Below, in pieces: positions 40,365 to 54,828 of a stretch of 64,000 nucleotides of DNA. Below the pieces are notes generated by a model that worked only from the letters and a program-made list of their open reading frames with translations, was not told the DNA's origin and searched no databases. Source of the DNA: Azolla caroliniana. Its lineage: Eukaryota > Plantae > Polypodiophyta. How positions within the stretch are numbered: the first letter of the stretch is position 1; each line of letters opens with the position of its first letter. Both the position numbers and the translations under genes were made by a program. The stretch spans positions 21,142,001 to 21,206,000 of the forward strand of contig JBHGNT010000003.1 in assembly GCA_043228905.1 (NCBI GenBank). Direction: 5' to 3'.

Positions 40365-40413
<49 letters not shown>

Positions 40414-43149
40414 ACATCTTCTAAGGCCAAAATTGGCCCATGAGACAATTGGTGTACAACAAAATTGGGTATTTATCCAATCATCAAAAGTAAGAGAGAG
40501 AGAGAGAGAGAGATATATTAACGTCTTCTAAGAGAGAGAGAGAACAACATTGTTCGAGCGATGAACGGGTACGTCATCATACGTAAGGAGTAACTTAACT
40601 CGTTACATGAAACAGTATTAGGTGGGCACTGGGGACAAAGCCCAAACCAAGACATGAATGACACATTCTCCTTGTTATCACCAACAACACATGATGATAC
40701 AAATCCGTCATAATAGCACATGTGATGAATCATGATATGTTTTCTTGTAAAGAAGTTGGGTCCGAAAGGGAGCTAATAAAGAAGTTTAGAAACTATCAAT
40801 GTGTCTTAAAACTATTCGAAGTTAAAATCCCGAGGATAAGACATTTGGATTAGATCTAAGCTTTAGCCTCATAGTACGCAATGGTTAAAAGTCAAAACCT
40901 TTTAATGTTATTCAAAGAGAGTTACTAAAATATCCCCTCATACATTGTGCGAACTTTCGGAATGTCAATTGATGGAGAAACAAAAATCATGTGTGTGTGA
41001 GCCGATATGGATGTAGCTTAGTTGTTAAGGTTGCCCAATGGAGACCAGGAGATCTTGGGTTGAACCCCTATATTCCAGAGTGGCATCTAGTAAACGAAGA
41101 GGATATGTATGAAGTAATAGAGAGGTGAGAAATTTGGGGTTTGAAAGAGAGAATAGAATTGATGTTTTATTGTCCACGATGATGTCAATGGGACCAAATC
41201 AACATATCGTCTTGTATGTCACTCCTTCCTAAGAAATGGAGTTACAAAGATAGAGGGTGAGGGAGACTTTAGAATTTGGCGATGCCAAATAGATATAGGG
41301 AATTCATTGAGAATCTAGAAATGGTAAGCAAAGAAACGGAGGAACTTGAGAGAGAGAAACTTTTAGTACCTAGAAACTAAGAGAAGAGTGAAGGGGAGGG
41401 GAAGACAGCACCAAGACGCAAAATGGTGATTTTGTAATTTCAATACAAATTGTTTTTTCTTAGAATTATTTGTACGTGGATTTCCTCCTGACCTATGTAT
41501 TGTATTTGTATCGACAAAATATATGACAATTTGTCATAACAATTTTACTCTTACCTCAACCATGAATGCTTTACACATATCATTGCATTAAAACATATAG
41601 GTGGACACCATAAGGTGATGGACCATTTGAATGTGACAAGCTCTTATATTTGTTCATTCCTTAGTATCACGTCCAACTACTTTCTTCATCACATACACCC
41701 CTTTTGGGTTCATGGGATCTATAGGGCAATGAATGGCGCACATATTCTTGCAAGCATTGAAAGGGGCCTGCAAACATTTTTCTACCGCATGTCTTTACAT
41801 TGCATATGAACAAGAAAAGGAAGTTTAATTTTTGTGATGATAAACACATGTAGATGTATATATACAAGTTCTCGTTGAAATTACCTAGGTTGTATATGCA
41901 TACTACCCTTGTGCACTTCTTTGTTCATTGTATGGAATGAACCACTTCAAGCATTTGTTGTGATGGTTTCATTGTATTGTCAAATGACAAACCCAATCCT
42001 CCTTTCTCCCTCTTTATCTATATTAATGTTTTTGTATGATAATATGAAATGGCTTGTGTTGTATGTACACATAACATCATAAGGTTATGTTGCAATTGCC
42101 CTTACATGCCCACACAACAAAACATAAAAAAAGGTACATATGTATGGTAACATCTGTAATATATATATATATATATGTATGTATGTATATATATATATAT
42201 GGTACATATATACGGTAGCATCTGTAAAAAAAGTTATAGTTCAAGGTGTGGCGTAAATGTGTTTTATAACCTAAATGTCTAGTTGTAGTTGTCTCAATTG
42301 TTGTTGTTCATGGGTAGAGTCCACCCTCTCAACACATATAATAATATATATTTGAAGGTGTAAGTTTATATGTGATTTCACTCGTTGTTCCGCAGATTTC
42401 TACATCTCATCATCCTTCTTAACTTCAAAAGGAGCTTCAATGGTTTCTTAAAGTTATTCTCTTTCAATGTTTTCATTACTTTAAGACGTTAACGACACTT
42501 TATGGACATGTGAAATAGATTCTTTCACTAGGCATCTCCATGCGCCCCAACCAATTAATGCAAGGAGGAAAATGTGTATTCTCATAGTAAAAATACAAAT
42601 TTCCTAGCCACGTGTCAATTAACGCCAACCAACATCAACGTAAATATGCATCAACATAGTTGGTTCTATTCAATGTTATGCAACAAGTGAGGCGATAAAG
42701 GAAGAAATATGTGTGCAAGGGATCCAAACCCTAGCCTTATGTCATAACCTTGTGAAAGGGCAAAACTTTTATACACATTAAAAATGTACATGTATTAAAA
42801 AACATACGCCCTTTATATGTATTAAAAATTCAAAAAGTATGCTAGCATGTTTTCAGAAGTACGCTATAATATATGTGCACTGTGAAGCTGGTCAAGGCAT
42901 GAAATGAAAATTTAAGCTCAAGGACATAATATAGTGTAACCTAAAGCACAACATATACAATTAGACTATGCACTAGCTTAATCACATAATAATCTTGACC
43001 AATTTAGTGTCTAACTAAAGTCATTAATGAACAATTTTGTCTAATAAAGACAACTCATTTTCTGACATTTAAATTGTCATTAGCGGGACACATTTCCATA
43101 TTATCATAGTTTTACATGTATTTGTTTAAGCTATAATTACGTACTTACT

Positions 43150-43188
43150 ATTTATTTTCAAGTGATTCAGAGCTATCCTTGACCAAGT

Positions 43189-43250
<62 letters not shown>

Positions 43251-43362
43251 CATAACATAACTTCAAAAATAACGATTTATTTTCAAGTGATTCAAAGCTA
43301 TCCTTAACTAAGCGCGCACACACACAAACATATAGCATAACATAACTTCAAAAATAACGATT
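43150..43362. repeat. Local duplication containing an expanded (CA)n microsatellite
   Basis: tttattttcaagtgattca..ctatcctt..aag.gcgcacaca...acataacttcaaaaataacgat occurs twice here and once at ~19905-19982. Confidence 0.8.
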
Positions 43363-44075
43363 CATACTTTCTTATTTTTTATACAAATAGGCGCATTTCA
43401 GCTATAATATTCTTTATTGTACTCAATGAGCATATTCTGAATGTGAATAGTCATTGTCTATGACAACGAAACCCTCACCTTATAATGAGGTCAATTACAT
43501 GTGGATATTTCCATCTATTTGTGAATTATATGGTGTACAATATCTATAGAAGTTCCTTGCACTCAGTGGACAATGATAATTCTTTCCATGCATTAGGACG
43601 ATTTTGGATGCCATGTTATTTCTAAAAGCAAAACAATCATCAAAACAACTTCACATATTGTATTAACCCCAATATGTATCTACAATGATATCATCCTTTA
43701 TACCCGAAAGTCTCCTTTTAGGAAGAAGATAAAATTGATGGGAGAATGCAAAAATTGCCACTCTACATGTCACATAAGAAGCTTTAATACAACAATAAGT
43801 TACAACCTCATTTAGAAGTATTGGATATCCTTGATTGTCCATGGAGTTGGCCAATCAAATATGGCATCTATCTTCTTCGAGTCCTTAGAGACTCCACTAA
43901 TAGAGATAACAAGCCCAAGAAATTGAATTCAAACTTTTTGAGCTTTGCATAGAAGACATGTTCACGGAGTTAGACTAGGACTAGGTGTCTAGACATACTT
44001 TGTGTATCCAATGAGGTCATTGGAATACCCAAATATTTGATAGAGATAAACAACAAGGATATAATAGAGGTACTT

Positions 44076-44138
44076 TGTGAAAGATTGCTTGCGGAAGCGT
44101 TAGAAAGAACAATACAGAGAGAGAGAGAGAGAGTACGC

Positions 44139-44172
<34 letters not shown>

Positions 44173-47100
44173 AAAACACACTATTTTTTTAAATTATATG
44201 AATACTCTGTGCTCTGTATCTACAACGCGCTCATCAGCGCTATTTATACAAGTCCACACGGGACTGTTAGAAGTACGATGTACTTCAATGCTCACACGAG
44301 TGTCTGACGCTAACTACGAAACTATAACTGCCTAGTAGTCTAACCTATACTGGGCTTCCGGTTACGGATTAGATCCTGCATACCGTCTCCCCAGCTCACC
44401 GATCCTTACTGCTTACCGGCTCAGTTGCTCACCGGCATACCGATTCATCTCGCTTACTGGCTCAAGCTTATTCAGCCGATCCGGCACCGGTTGAGCTTGC
44501 CGCTCAACACTCCCCCTCAAGCTCAACCTGAGGTAGGGTTGTAGTGTCAACCTCTGTGGCAGTCGGTTCTTCCAACCGACTTCTCCAGGCATCGCTTCGC
44601 CTTGCTCGCGCTCCTTGTCCGGTCTGGTCCCATTTGCCGCAACCCCTTTGGTTCTGAGCGCCTCGACCTTCGGCATGTCTGCTCAATAGGCCCATCTCAG
44701 CTCCTTTGCTGCTATGACTTCGGCGCTTGCCGATCCATCGGTTCCACCGCGATGGCATCGACTTTCGTTGCATCCGTGTCTCCTTGGCCTCTCGTTGATC
44801 CGACTCATCATTGCCGGTCTCGAATTCCGACATCTTCTGCTTCCCTTTCTCTTTGCGTGTGAACCGTCTCCTCGGTTCCTTGCGCGGGGAGAGCACGACA
44901 GAGTCTCCACTACTCGCCGTCTCATCATCCGACTGGTTGGACTGATCCAGTCTCTCATTCGGTCCGCTTAACCGGAACGATTTCAGACTCTCATCTTGAG
45001 TCTCGGCTTCATCTTTCTCTACTTGGGCCGGTTCAGGCTCACTAGCCCCATCCTTCGACATCGGGTCGGGATCGGAAGTCGGAGTCGGTAAGGAATACCA
45101 CGATGCCGATTCATCAAACTCGACATCTCGGCTGACTCGGACCTGCTTCGTCCGGGGGTTATAACACTTATACCCCTTTTGCTCTTGAGCATAGCCGACT
45201 AGGATGCATTTTTCCGATTTTGCATCCAGCTTTCTCCGCTTCTCATCCGGCACATGTACATAGGCTATGTTGCCGAATATCCGGAGGTGTCTCAAATTCG
45301 GCTTGCGCCCAAAATACAACTCGTGAGCTGACACCTTGTCCCCGATCCGGTTCTGGATGTAAACAGCCGTTTGGACCGCCTCCGCCCAGTAGAACTCGGG
45401 CATGCTCTTTTCCTCCAGCATTGCCCTAGCCGCGTCAATCAGCGACCAATTCTTCCTTTCGGCCACACAGTTCTGTTGCGGTGTGTATCTGCAGCTGAAT
45501 TCTCGCCGAATTCCTTTTTGTTGCAGATAGCTGTTGAATTGGCTGGAAAAGTACTCTTTTCCGCCATCCGACCGTAGGCATTTGATCTTCCTCTTCGATT
45601 CCCGTTCCACCATCTTCTGGAGGCTCCGGAAACACTCGAAGACTTCGCTCTTCTGCTCAATGAGGTAGATCCACGTATGCCGCGTGTAGTCGTCGATGAA
45701 GGAGACGAAATATCGACTCCCGCCAATGATAACATTTTGTGCCGGTCCCCACACATCCGAATGGATAAGATCGAGCTTGTTACGGCTTCAATTTCTTCCG
45801 GTGGGGAATGGAGGCCAGTGTTGCTTCCCGAGTTGGCAGGCTTCACAAATTTGGGCTCTCCGACCGCTAAACTTCAGCAAACCGAAAAAGACTTGTTCCG
45901 TTTGTAGGTCTTGAGGCCTCCGGTAGTTGTCGTGGCCGATCCGCTTGTGCCACAGGTCGATATCCGACTCGACTTTCTGCCCTTTGGCGAACAATGTGGT
46001 GCCGACGTCATTGGTGTTGAGGATAAACATCCTCCCATCTCTTCGCCCTTGTGCAATAACTTCGCCCTCATTCTCAATGAAGCACCCGAGGTGCGTAAAC
46101 CGCACCTGCATCCCCTGGTTGACGATTTGTCCGATCGACACTAGGTTCTTCGTGATCGTCGGAACATGTAATACATTCATCAGCTTCCCCCTTTGTCCGA
46201 CGTGGCTCAAAGGGACTTCTCCGATGTGCACGATCGGGTGGGGAGTGTCGTCTCCGGTTTCGACAACTCTCGGTTGATCCGGCTTCTCCAAAAAGGAGAA
46301 CCACTCCCCGTGGCTCGTCATGTGGTTCAATGCGCCGGAGTCAACGTACCACACTTCCTCCGATTTGGAAGTGGTCTTCTTCATTGAGTTTGCCTTGTGC
46401 TTCATCACCAAGGCTAGCCCCTTACCGTTCTTGGATCCTCCCGATTCGTTTGCGTAGTGCGAGCTTTGCCGACCTTCCTTACCGGTCTTGCCGGATCCGG
46501 ATTTATCTGAATCGGCACGCTTTCTCCAACACTTGCTTTCCCTGTGGCCCTTTTTGCCACAGTACCAGCATTCCGTAGTGGATTTGTCTTGCCGGCCTCC
46601 GGCACCACCTTGACTCCCTCTGCTTGTGGAAGTCCCGGAACTGCTGTCGGCACGCTCACTGTGCCTTCGTTCCTGCTCTTGCCGGCCGCCTCCATTGCGT
46701 GCCGACCTGCCTCATCAACCACGCCCGCAGGACCGATCCGCTCCCGTGTACAACATCCGGCTGTCTGGGGATGCACTGGTAGATGCACCGGCATGGTTCT
46801 CCTCTACAAGGAGCATCGACTGTAAGTCGAAAAATGAGGGCGTATTCTCCCTTGTACAAACCGCAGTTCGGAAAGCTCCGAACTTGGACACCATGCCTCC
46901 AAGATAGACCTGCACCATCTCGTCTTCCTCTACGGTGACGTTAATAGAGGCAAGCGAGTCATAGATCCCTTTGATCCAGTCTGTGTAATCTGCCACCGAC
47001 ATGTTCTTCTGTCGAACATTGCTCAACTCCTGTCTGAGTTGCAGCTTCCGGGCAGTGGTGCTTGCGGCGAAGACCTTTTTCAAGTTTCCCCAAGCATCCT

Positions 47101-47517
47101 TCGGTGTCTTGGCGTCACGGATATGGCTGAGCGGCTGGTCACCGACATTGGACGCGAAGCAGTACATCACCCTGCTTGCCGCCTGTTCCCACACTGGGAA
47201 GTCCTTGTGTGTCATCTCTGGTGCTGAGTCGTTCACTCCGTCGACATAACTCCAGTAGCCATGCCCAAGCAGGTATTGGTGCATCTTGTATGACCAAGAT
47301 GCATAGTTGGTTTTGTCGAGCTTCTCCACCGGGAGCGACGTAGCCATACCTCTGTCCATTTCTCCTTTTGTGTCTGTTTTATGATCTGTTAGGGTTTCCT
47401 TCACAAGTGTAGATGTCTGCAGCAGAGGTTCTCAACCCACGCACTCTGATACCATGTGAAAGATTGCTTGCGGAAGCGTTAGAAAGAACAATACACAGAG
47501 AAAGAGAGAGAGTACGC

Positions 47518-47577
<60 letters not shown>

Positions 47578-47922
47578 GAGAGAGCAAAACACACTATTTT
47601 TTAAAATTATATGAATACTCTGTGCTCTGTATCTACAACGCGCTCATCAACACTATTTATACAAGTCCACACGGGACTGTTAGAAGTACGGTGTACTTCA
47701 ATGCTCACACGAGCGTCTGACACTAACTACGAGACTATAATTGCCTAGTAGTCTAACCTATACTAGGCTTCCGGTTACGGATTAGATCCGGCATACCGGC
47801 TCCCCAGCTCACCGGTCCTTATTGCTTACCGGCTCGGTTGCTCACCGGCATACTGATTCATCTCACTTACCGGCTCAGGCTTATTCAACCAATCCGGCTC
47901 CAGTTGAGCTTGCCGCTCAACA
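44076..47922 (-). mobile_element. Non-autonomous Ty1/copia element (GAG-PR-INT, no RT/RNaseH) with both LTRs and a 5-bp TSD
   Basis: LTRs 44076-44509 and 47455-47922 (TG...CA); TSD TACTT at 44071-44075 and 47923-47927; PBS TGGTATCAGAGT 47443-47454; PPT TTGAGGGGGAG 44510-44520. Gag VEKLDKTNYASW, knuckle CWYCGKKGHRESKC, WYVDSGA, integrase FIDD/RSDGGKEY/AERKN. The empty site (single TACTT) is at ~20693-20697. Confidence 0.95.
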
Positions 47923-48997
47923 TACTTGTTGCAGATGTCATTCATGTATTTGGAACTTTGTTGGTGCATTTGTGAGATCAAGTTCACGGTAGTTAATTAA
48001 AACACCCATTGTCTAATTACAAGTATTGAATTAAAATTGAAGAAATAGTGTTCCATTGGTAATGGATGTACCACTTGCAAATTGTTGAAAAGGAACTTGG
48101 ATTTCTAATGTACCTATTGATGAAGTTGCTTCTATTTGGTCAATCAAGCTTTCAAACACCTACACGTTCTAGATGAATAGACATTAATAAGATGGGTGAC
48201 TTCTTCAAAGCTTTGAGCCACCTACAATTGATTGACCTTAGAGAAGGGTTAAATGGTAAAGCAATTACAAACTAAGCTAAGAGTTATCTATCCTTTGAAC
48301 CAAACATAACAATGTACAAAAGGAGCAAGTTGGTTGTGCCTATGCTTCCAAGTTGAGATTCCCTAGAAATCAATGTTTTATATTCCATCAAATTTCCTTG
48401 AAGTTAGTGGTTATTGAGCTGCGAAGGCATGAGTAGGATTGACTATGACCACTTAGTCGTACTTGTTGACTATGCTTTCAAAACAGCAATCAACATGCAT
48501 AGCCTAGCAAATTTATGAAGTTGGTGGTTATCAAGTATCTTGTCAATGATCGATTTATCATACTCATTGTATATGCCTTCAAGGAAAGTTGAGATTCCCT
48601 AACAATCAATGTTCAATACCCTACCAAATTTACGGAGTTGATGGTTATTGAGTGTCTTGCCAAGAAGACGTGAGTAGGGTTGACAATGACCAATTAATCA
48701 TACTCTTCAAATTCTACCATTTAACTCAACTTAATACAAGTATCCTTTGCATGATTTCTCCAATCATTAGTACACATACTTTACAAACCCTTCAATATCA
48801 ATATAAGAACCTTGAAAATATGTTGCTAAAGTAAAAGAGCAAATATAGTCCCTCCTTCAGCAAGATAGTTACATCCATCTGTTCACTGGTTCTAAAAAAT
48901 GTATTTCTATTATTTAGAAACCCTTCAACATATTTGGGTAAGAATCTTGATAATTTTGCATGCTTTAAAATCAAGACAATCTTCATGTTCAAAATAA

Positions 48998-51900
48998 CTA
49001 TGAAGAATGAAAAACAGCCTTGTTTGGATTGGCACATAAATAAGCTCTCACAATCTGTTGATCAAGATCATAATAATATTGCATTTTCCCCAATGGCTTC
49101 AAGTCCAAATCTACAAAACGAATCTGTATGCATAAAATCAAACAAATTAAAATGAGAGATCTGCAAATAATGACAGGTTATATACATATTTAAGAAAACT
49201 GGGATGGATAGACCATCTAATAGCAAATATGATCTCTCTAGGGAAAATTCCCAATATTATTATTTCCCCAAATCACAAGTGTTATTTCCCCAAACACCCC
49301 CAAGTGAACTCAGATTTGCTATTCACACAAAAGTTTATACAGAAAATTCATCCCCTTCTCTCTTTCAAGGGTTGACTCCAGGGGCGTTTGGGGAAATTGT
49401 AAAATTCAGGGGTAGTTGGAGAAATAATGAAAAGTTCGATGGTATTCCAGATTATTTTTCCTTATGAATTATATGAAGAAAATTAAAATTTGAGTAAGAG
49501 ATATCAAATATATTACAGAAATATTGAAAGTGTACCAAAATTCAAATCGAAGCATTCTCTAGTTGATTAAATATATTACACAAAGATTGAATGCTGTACC
49601 AACCTTCAAATGGAAGCATTCTCCAGTAAGTGACGAGTGAAACATCTTATAATGCTGCTGATTATCAGAACTCATTGTTACCATATCAAGTGATCGCTGG
49701 AATGTGAGCATAAGACTACAATCCTTTGTTGTGGCAGCGATTAAATAGTCCCTCACAATTTTGATACAATCCATGAGGCTGAGGTTATCCACAAAAGCTT
49801 TTCTATTCTTCATTGTCTCCTCATCCACACTTCCACTCCCATCAGCCACGTCCATCCTATCCCATACATCACCAGGAAAACTGTTTCTAGCCTCGATCAC
49901 CTTCTCATCCAAGATTTTTTTATCATCCATGGTATTTCCATTTGAAACATGATCATCTGGAAAAGCTTTCCAGTAGGCACACATCACTCCTTCTATGTCA
50001 TATTTGTCAAGCTTCTGGGCTGCCAGTAGATTTTTTAACACATCATTTTCATATAGACTCTGTGAAATGAGAGATTTCAAGACTTTGATCGCATCTTCCA
50101 GTGTCTCACATGATGGAAAGCAATCCATTAAAGCTTCCTTCATCGGTTGTGAGTTTGGAAACTCAATGTTATCAATGATTTTTCCTTCAATAAAAACACG
50201 CAAGTTGTTTTGCGGATTCTCAAACAAATCATTGACAGCTTGGCTTATCCTCTCCAGATTTCCAGAGAATAAGTCTAATGGGGAATACTGGCTAATCTTC
50301 TTTATCTACATAAAAAAAGAGAGAGTTTGAAAGCATGTATTTCAACTGGTTATTTTTCAATATGAGTTATTTGATTTTTCTTTTTTGAAAAATGCATATT
50401 TGGAAATACCTGTCCTTTCGAATGTTTCAATGTCTGATGCATTGAAAAGCGAGAAACCTTCTTCTTGATGATGTTTTTGGCTGCGATGAGGTCTGAATCT
50501 GGTAAGAAGCCACATTTTGGCTGGGTGGCATTTAAAACATTTTATGCAATTTCAGGGTATTCTCAAAGTTCTTTGACTTAATCAACAAAAAAGATCAATA
50601 TGGATAAATGTTTTCTTTTTTTACTACTAAATATTCACCTTACTTTATTCAATATTTTTTGACATATGCATAATGACCTTAATTCATTTATTATTTTTAA
50701 AGGCATGAATAGTTATCTTAATTTATTTTTAATTTTTAAAAGTTAGCATAATGACCTTGATTTCTACTGAAATGCTTGGAGGAGCTTTGTTCCCAGGCTC
50801 TGTAAAACAATTAAGCAATGATAATAGTAAGCACCATCCAAACAAACAACAAGTAACATACTCTCTCTCTCTCTCTCTCAAATACTATATGGCAAATGTC
50901 AACCCTGAATGCTGGTGTCAATATAAAGCAAGAATGCCTATTGATTGTATCCAACCTTATCTCATTACCAATATGAGTAGTAATGCTCGTAGAGCCCTTA
51001 CACTACTTTGCACTCGATCTCACAAATTAGGTATTGAAGTTGCATCATGGTATCAAAATGTAACTAATTTGAAGACATGCAAAGTATGCAATAGAGGCAT
51101 GGTAGAGGATGAATGTCACTTGCTCTTCACATGCTTGACATATAGTGCAATTCGTTCAAGATATGCTGACATACTAAGAGGGAGTGATAACTTAAGTTCC
51201 ATACTTAAGACACCACCGAGAAGGTTGAGCTGTTGAGCTCATATGTGTATGCTTTATTCACACATCGAGAGAATAAGCCATATCTATACCTGTGTCTACT
51301 AGAAAGAAAGAGTAATGTAACCATTTGGCATAACCCAACATGATCAATGAGACCAAGTCATTTTTCCAAATGTATAAAATTGACAAAACTGTATCTCATC
51401 ATAAATACGCTACACTTTGCAGAAATTAAAAGCCGAGATTGAGGTGAGTCTTCAATATGTCCCTTACTGAATATTTTAGATCGAAGGGGTTAAAATAACA
51501 TGACAACCAAGACTCCTAAGAATGGCAATGATGGTTACTATCATTTTGAGGTTGTGAGGTTCTGGAAGAGGTCCCAAGGTCATGACCTTTTTACACAGAG
51601 AGCTAGTCCATGCTCCATTGTCTATTGATGCTGGAGGGGAAGACATGGGTGGAGTTGTAGTTATGAAGAAGTTAGTGATGGTTCTTTCTGGCTGAATTGA
51701 TTTGTATCTCTTCTCCTGGAAAGTGTATTCTATTGCGGCAGTGCTATCTTTCTCGGATTTTGTAATTTACAATGTAGGAAGTGCTTCTCTATTTCAATCT
51801 GTAGACAGCAAATTTAGCAGAGGCAGTCAATTCATTCCAGGCATTTATACCTTCCTGTCTCTATATGCAGTTGGTGTGACGACGTATGGAAATAATGCTT

Positions 51901-54823
51901 TATATGTATACGTTGTGCCGAAGGTGAGTGTTCATGTGGTTGGGACAGGTGATAAACCCATCTAGTGGCATGTGTAGGAAGTTACTCTGTTTAAGTTTCA
52001 TCCTTCACGAAGGTGAGTGGTGGGTTCAACCAAGCTGGTTCGGTATCCAGCTTCACAATGATCATTTGATTACTCAATTCAATTCAGTGCAATGGAGATC
52101 CAAAAAGGTTCAGTCAATGATGTATTGGAAGGGGGGATTCATGAGTACCTTTGGGTGAGAAGTTCCCATAATCTGCATAAAGCTGATCACTTGAATAGAG
52201 GGCTCTACTGACCACTACTAATGTAGTTCCTAGTTCTGCTCTAGTAGTTTCATGTTAGGGGATTCCATCCAAGATAAAGTTCCTCTGGCCTATAATTATG
52301 TCCAACCGGTGATTCCTTCCCTGGATGGTAGAAACTGGCTCCCCACACTTGTGTGTGTTCAGTTCTTGGATCCTGAATGTAGATAATGTTAGAAATATTG
52401 AGAATCGATTAGATAGGCATATAGAGTTACAAGCACAAAGATGAATATCTGAAAACAAACTTTCTATTACATATGAGAGTAGCTCACAATGGTAGTCCAC
52501 CCATGCACTCACACACCTTAGAGCTTAGATGGACTACAAAATTAGTGGGGACAGATAATAGTCACAGACACTGTGTAAGAGGTACAAAAATTGTAATAAT
52601 TTGAAATGCCCATATCATGTATTCATTTTTTTTCGCTTCCAGAAAACAATATAATCATATATAATGCAGCTCCCACTTCTATCCTCACTTCTGTGAAGTG
52701 CCTTTCCCTAAACCTAAACCCTCACATTCGTATGTTTTATTCAGAAATTTGGTAGTAACAAAAGTTTCCAAGCATTTATTCAGCACGTATGAAAAACATA
52801 TACATGTGTTAAAAACAAGTAACCTCTTATGTACCCCTCAGATAACTCAATAGATGAGTATCTATATAAAAAATACCTTTGGTGGACCAGAACACTGAAT
52901 GATCTGACATCAGCAATGCATGGTGACTGCAAGGGTCAATTTGACTAACTTCTGCTCTCCAACTAGGCCGTGCATTCTCTACACGAGATGCTAAAATTTC
53001 CAAGAATTCTGAAGACACAAACAATGACCTGAAATAAAACCCCAAATCAAAAAACCAAACATGACACTACTCGCTTTACAAAAATATAGAAATGAGATAT
53101 CCATACCCCAGGATCAACAAGTTCATGACCCAAAAGTGGCCTTATCACATTCTGTGCATATGTTTGAACTAGGATTTCGATACTAGTTGCAATTGCAACA
53201 GATGGCCAGTCAGCCCAAAGAATCTGCTCTTGTTTTGACAAAACAGGCTTTCCACGCACATGCAGTCTCTTCTTCAAATGATTTGAATTAAAGGATACCT
53301 TCTTTAGCCGAAGTACTTTTCCTACCTTGAAAGGCATAGATGTCTCTAGTGAGTAAACATCACAGTTGTATGGAAAAGATTAAATAAACTTCAAGTTATA
53401 AGCTAAATCCTGCATTGGCATCAATGTGAATCCTCAATAACTTTAGACACTAATTGGAAAATCAAAATGTTCAAAAATAGGTGTGGCATTTGATTAAACA
53501 AAAATGATATGATATAGACAACCTATAAGAAGAAACTCTTTATAAAAACGTCTTAAGAGGATTACCATATGAATATCGAAACCAGTGGCTTACATGCTAC
53601 CTGTGGAACATGATATTGTTGCTCGCATATGGAAAGCAGAGAAAAATGCCCAACAATTAGAGGAGCAAAATGAACATGGACGCCTTCCAAGCACACAAGC
53701 AAAGCATTAATAGATCATACCAACCCAGATATTATGATTGGTGTGATATCGAACATCACAAGTTTTGTTTCTGTTTTCTACTTAGCACAGTGGAAGGCCC
53801 ATTAAAATGAAAGATTGCTTTTGTCACCAAAGAATATTGTCTATTTTCTATCCCTTTAGGAAAGTTCCTTGTGAGTTCTCCATTGTCTTAACCATAGTAG
53901 GTGTTGATTGGGATGAATACCCTCTTGAGAGATAAATACTGTGGAACTTGCCTTCTACATGTTTTGATATTCGCTCAAGTTGCAGCATATCCATTGATAC
54001 TAGTGGATGGATAACCCCTATAAATGTGTATAACAAAAGATGCTCTATAGAGTCCATACAAAAAACATCAGATGAATGTCGGTAAAGGTCTGAACCTAGC
54101 ACGCATCTCTTGATGGCGGCATCTATGGCTTGCAGTTACCAAGTGAATGGATAACCAATTTGTCTTCATTTGTAATATAAATCGACTTTCAGGTCATGAG
54201 CATCACTTTGAGACATGCAAGTTAAATTAATTTCATTTCACACAAAAAAAACTAAAAACGATATGAAACCCACATGTCTTCCACTCACTTACAATGCCTC
54301 TAGTCAATGCCAACATTAAGTACAATAATGCATTGAATAGTCTTTTGTCACACTCAACCACATTATAATCCTCCTACATTTTCTTGAAAAGGAAAGCTAG
54401 AACACCCATTGAATCTCCATAAACTCTGTTCAAACAATTTTCCAATCTTCATTTCTCCACACTGAACAAGTACCCTACCTTTTTCTGTTCAGTTTTGTAG
54501 GCCATTTTGGCCTCTTAAAAAACATTAATAAATGTTCTCTTTCTTTAACACAAAGAAATATGCAAAAGCACGCATGCACATGTGTAGTTATACATATTCA
54601 TCTACAGGAGGCCAATATCAAAAGACAAAACATGAAAAGAAACCTAGTTTTGGTAAAACCTAGAAGTGCATGAAAGAAAAGGCATTTGTTTTTAGGAAAA
54701 CAAGTATATAGAATTTAAAATAGAGCGTAGTGACCATTCTAATTAGTAGCCATGCGAGAAGAAACTTACTAGAAGTGGATTAGAGTTGAGGTGATAGAGC
54801 ACGATGTTGCCGGCTCCTTCTCC
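48998..54823 (-). pseudogene. IPK1: IPK1 copy A3, pseudogene
   Basis: Exons 54770-54823 (remnant, ATG deleted), 53107-53325, 52877-53028 (152 nt instead of 154, so frameshifted), 50756-50799, 50410-50520, 49604-50305, 48998-49123. Confidence 0.88.
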
Positions 54824-54828
54824 CCGTT

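Noticed and set aside
1-40400. Units 1 and 2 as a pure assembly duplication
   Set aside because: Not accepted as the default because the units differ by several SNPs, a 16-bp duplication and a nonsense change, but it cannot be excluded without raw reads.
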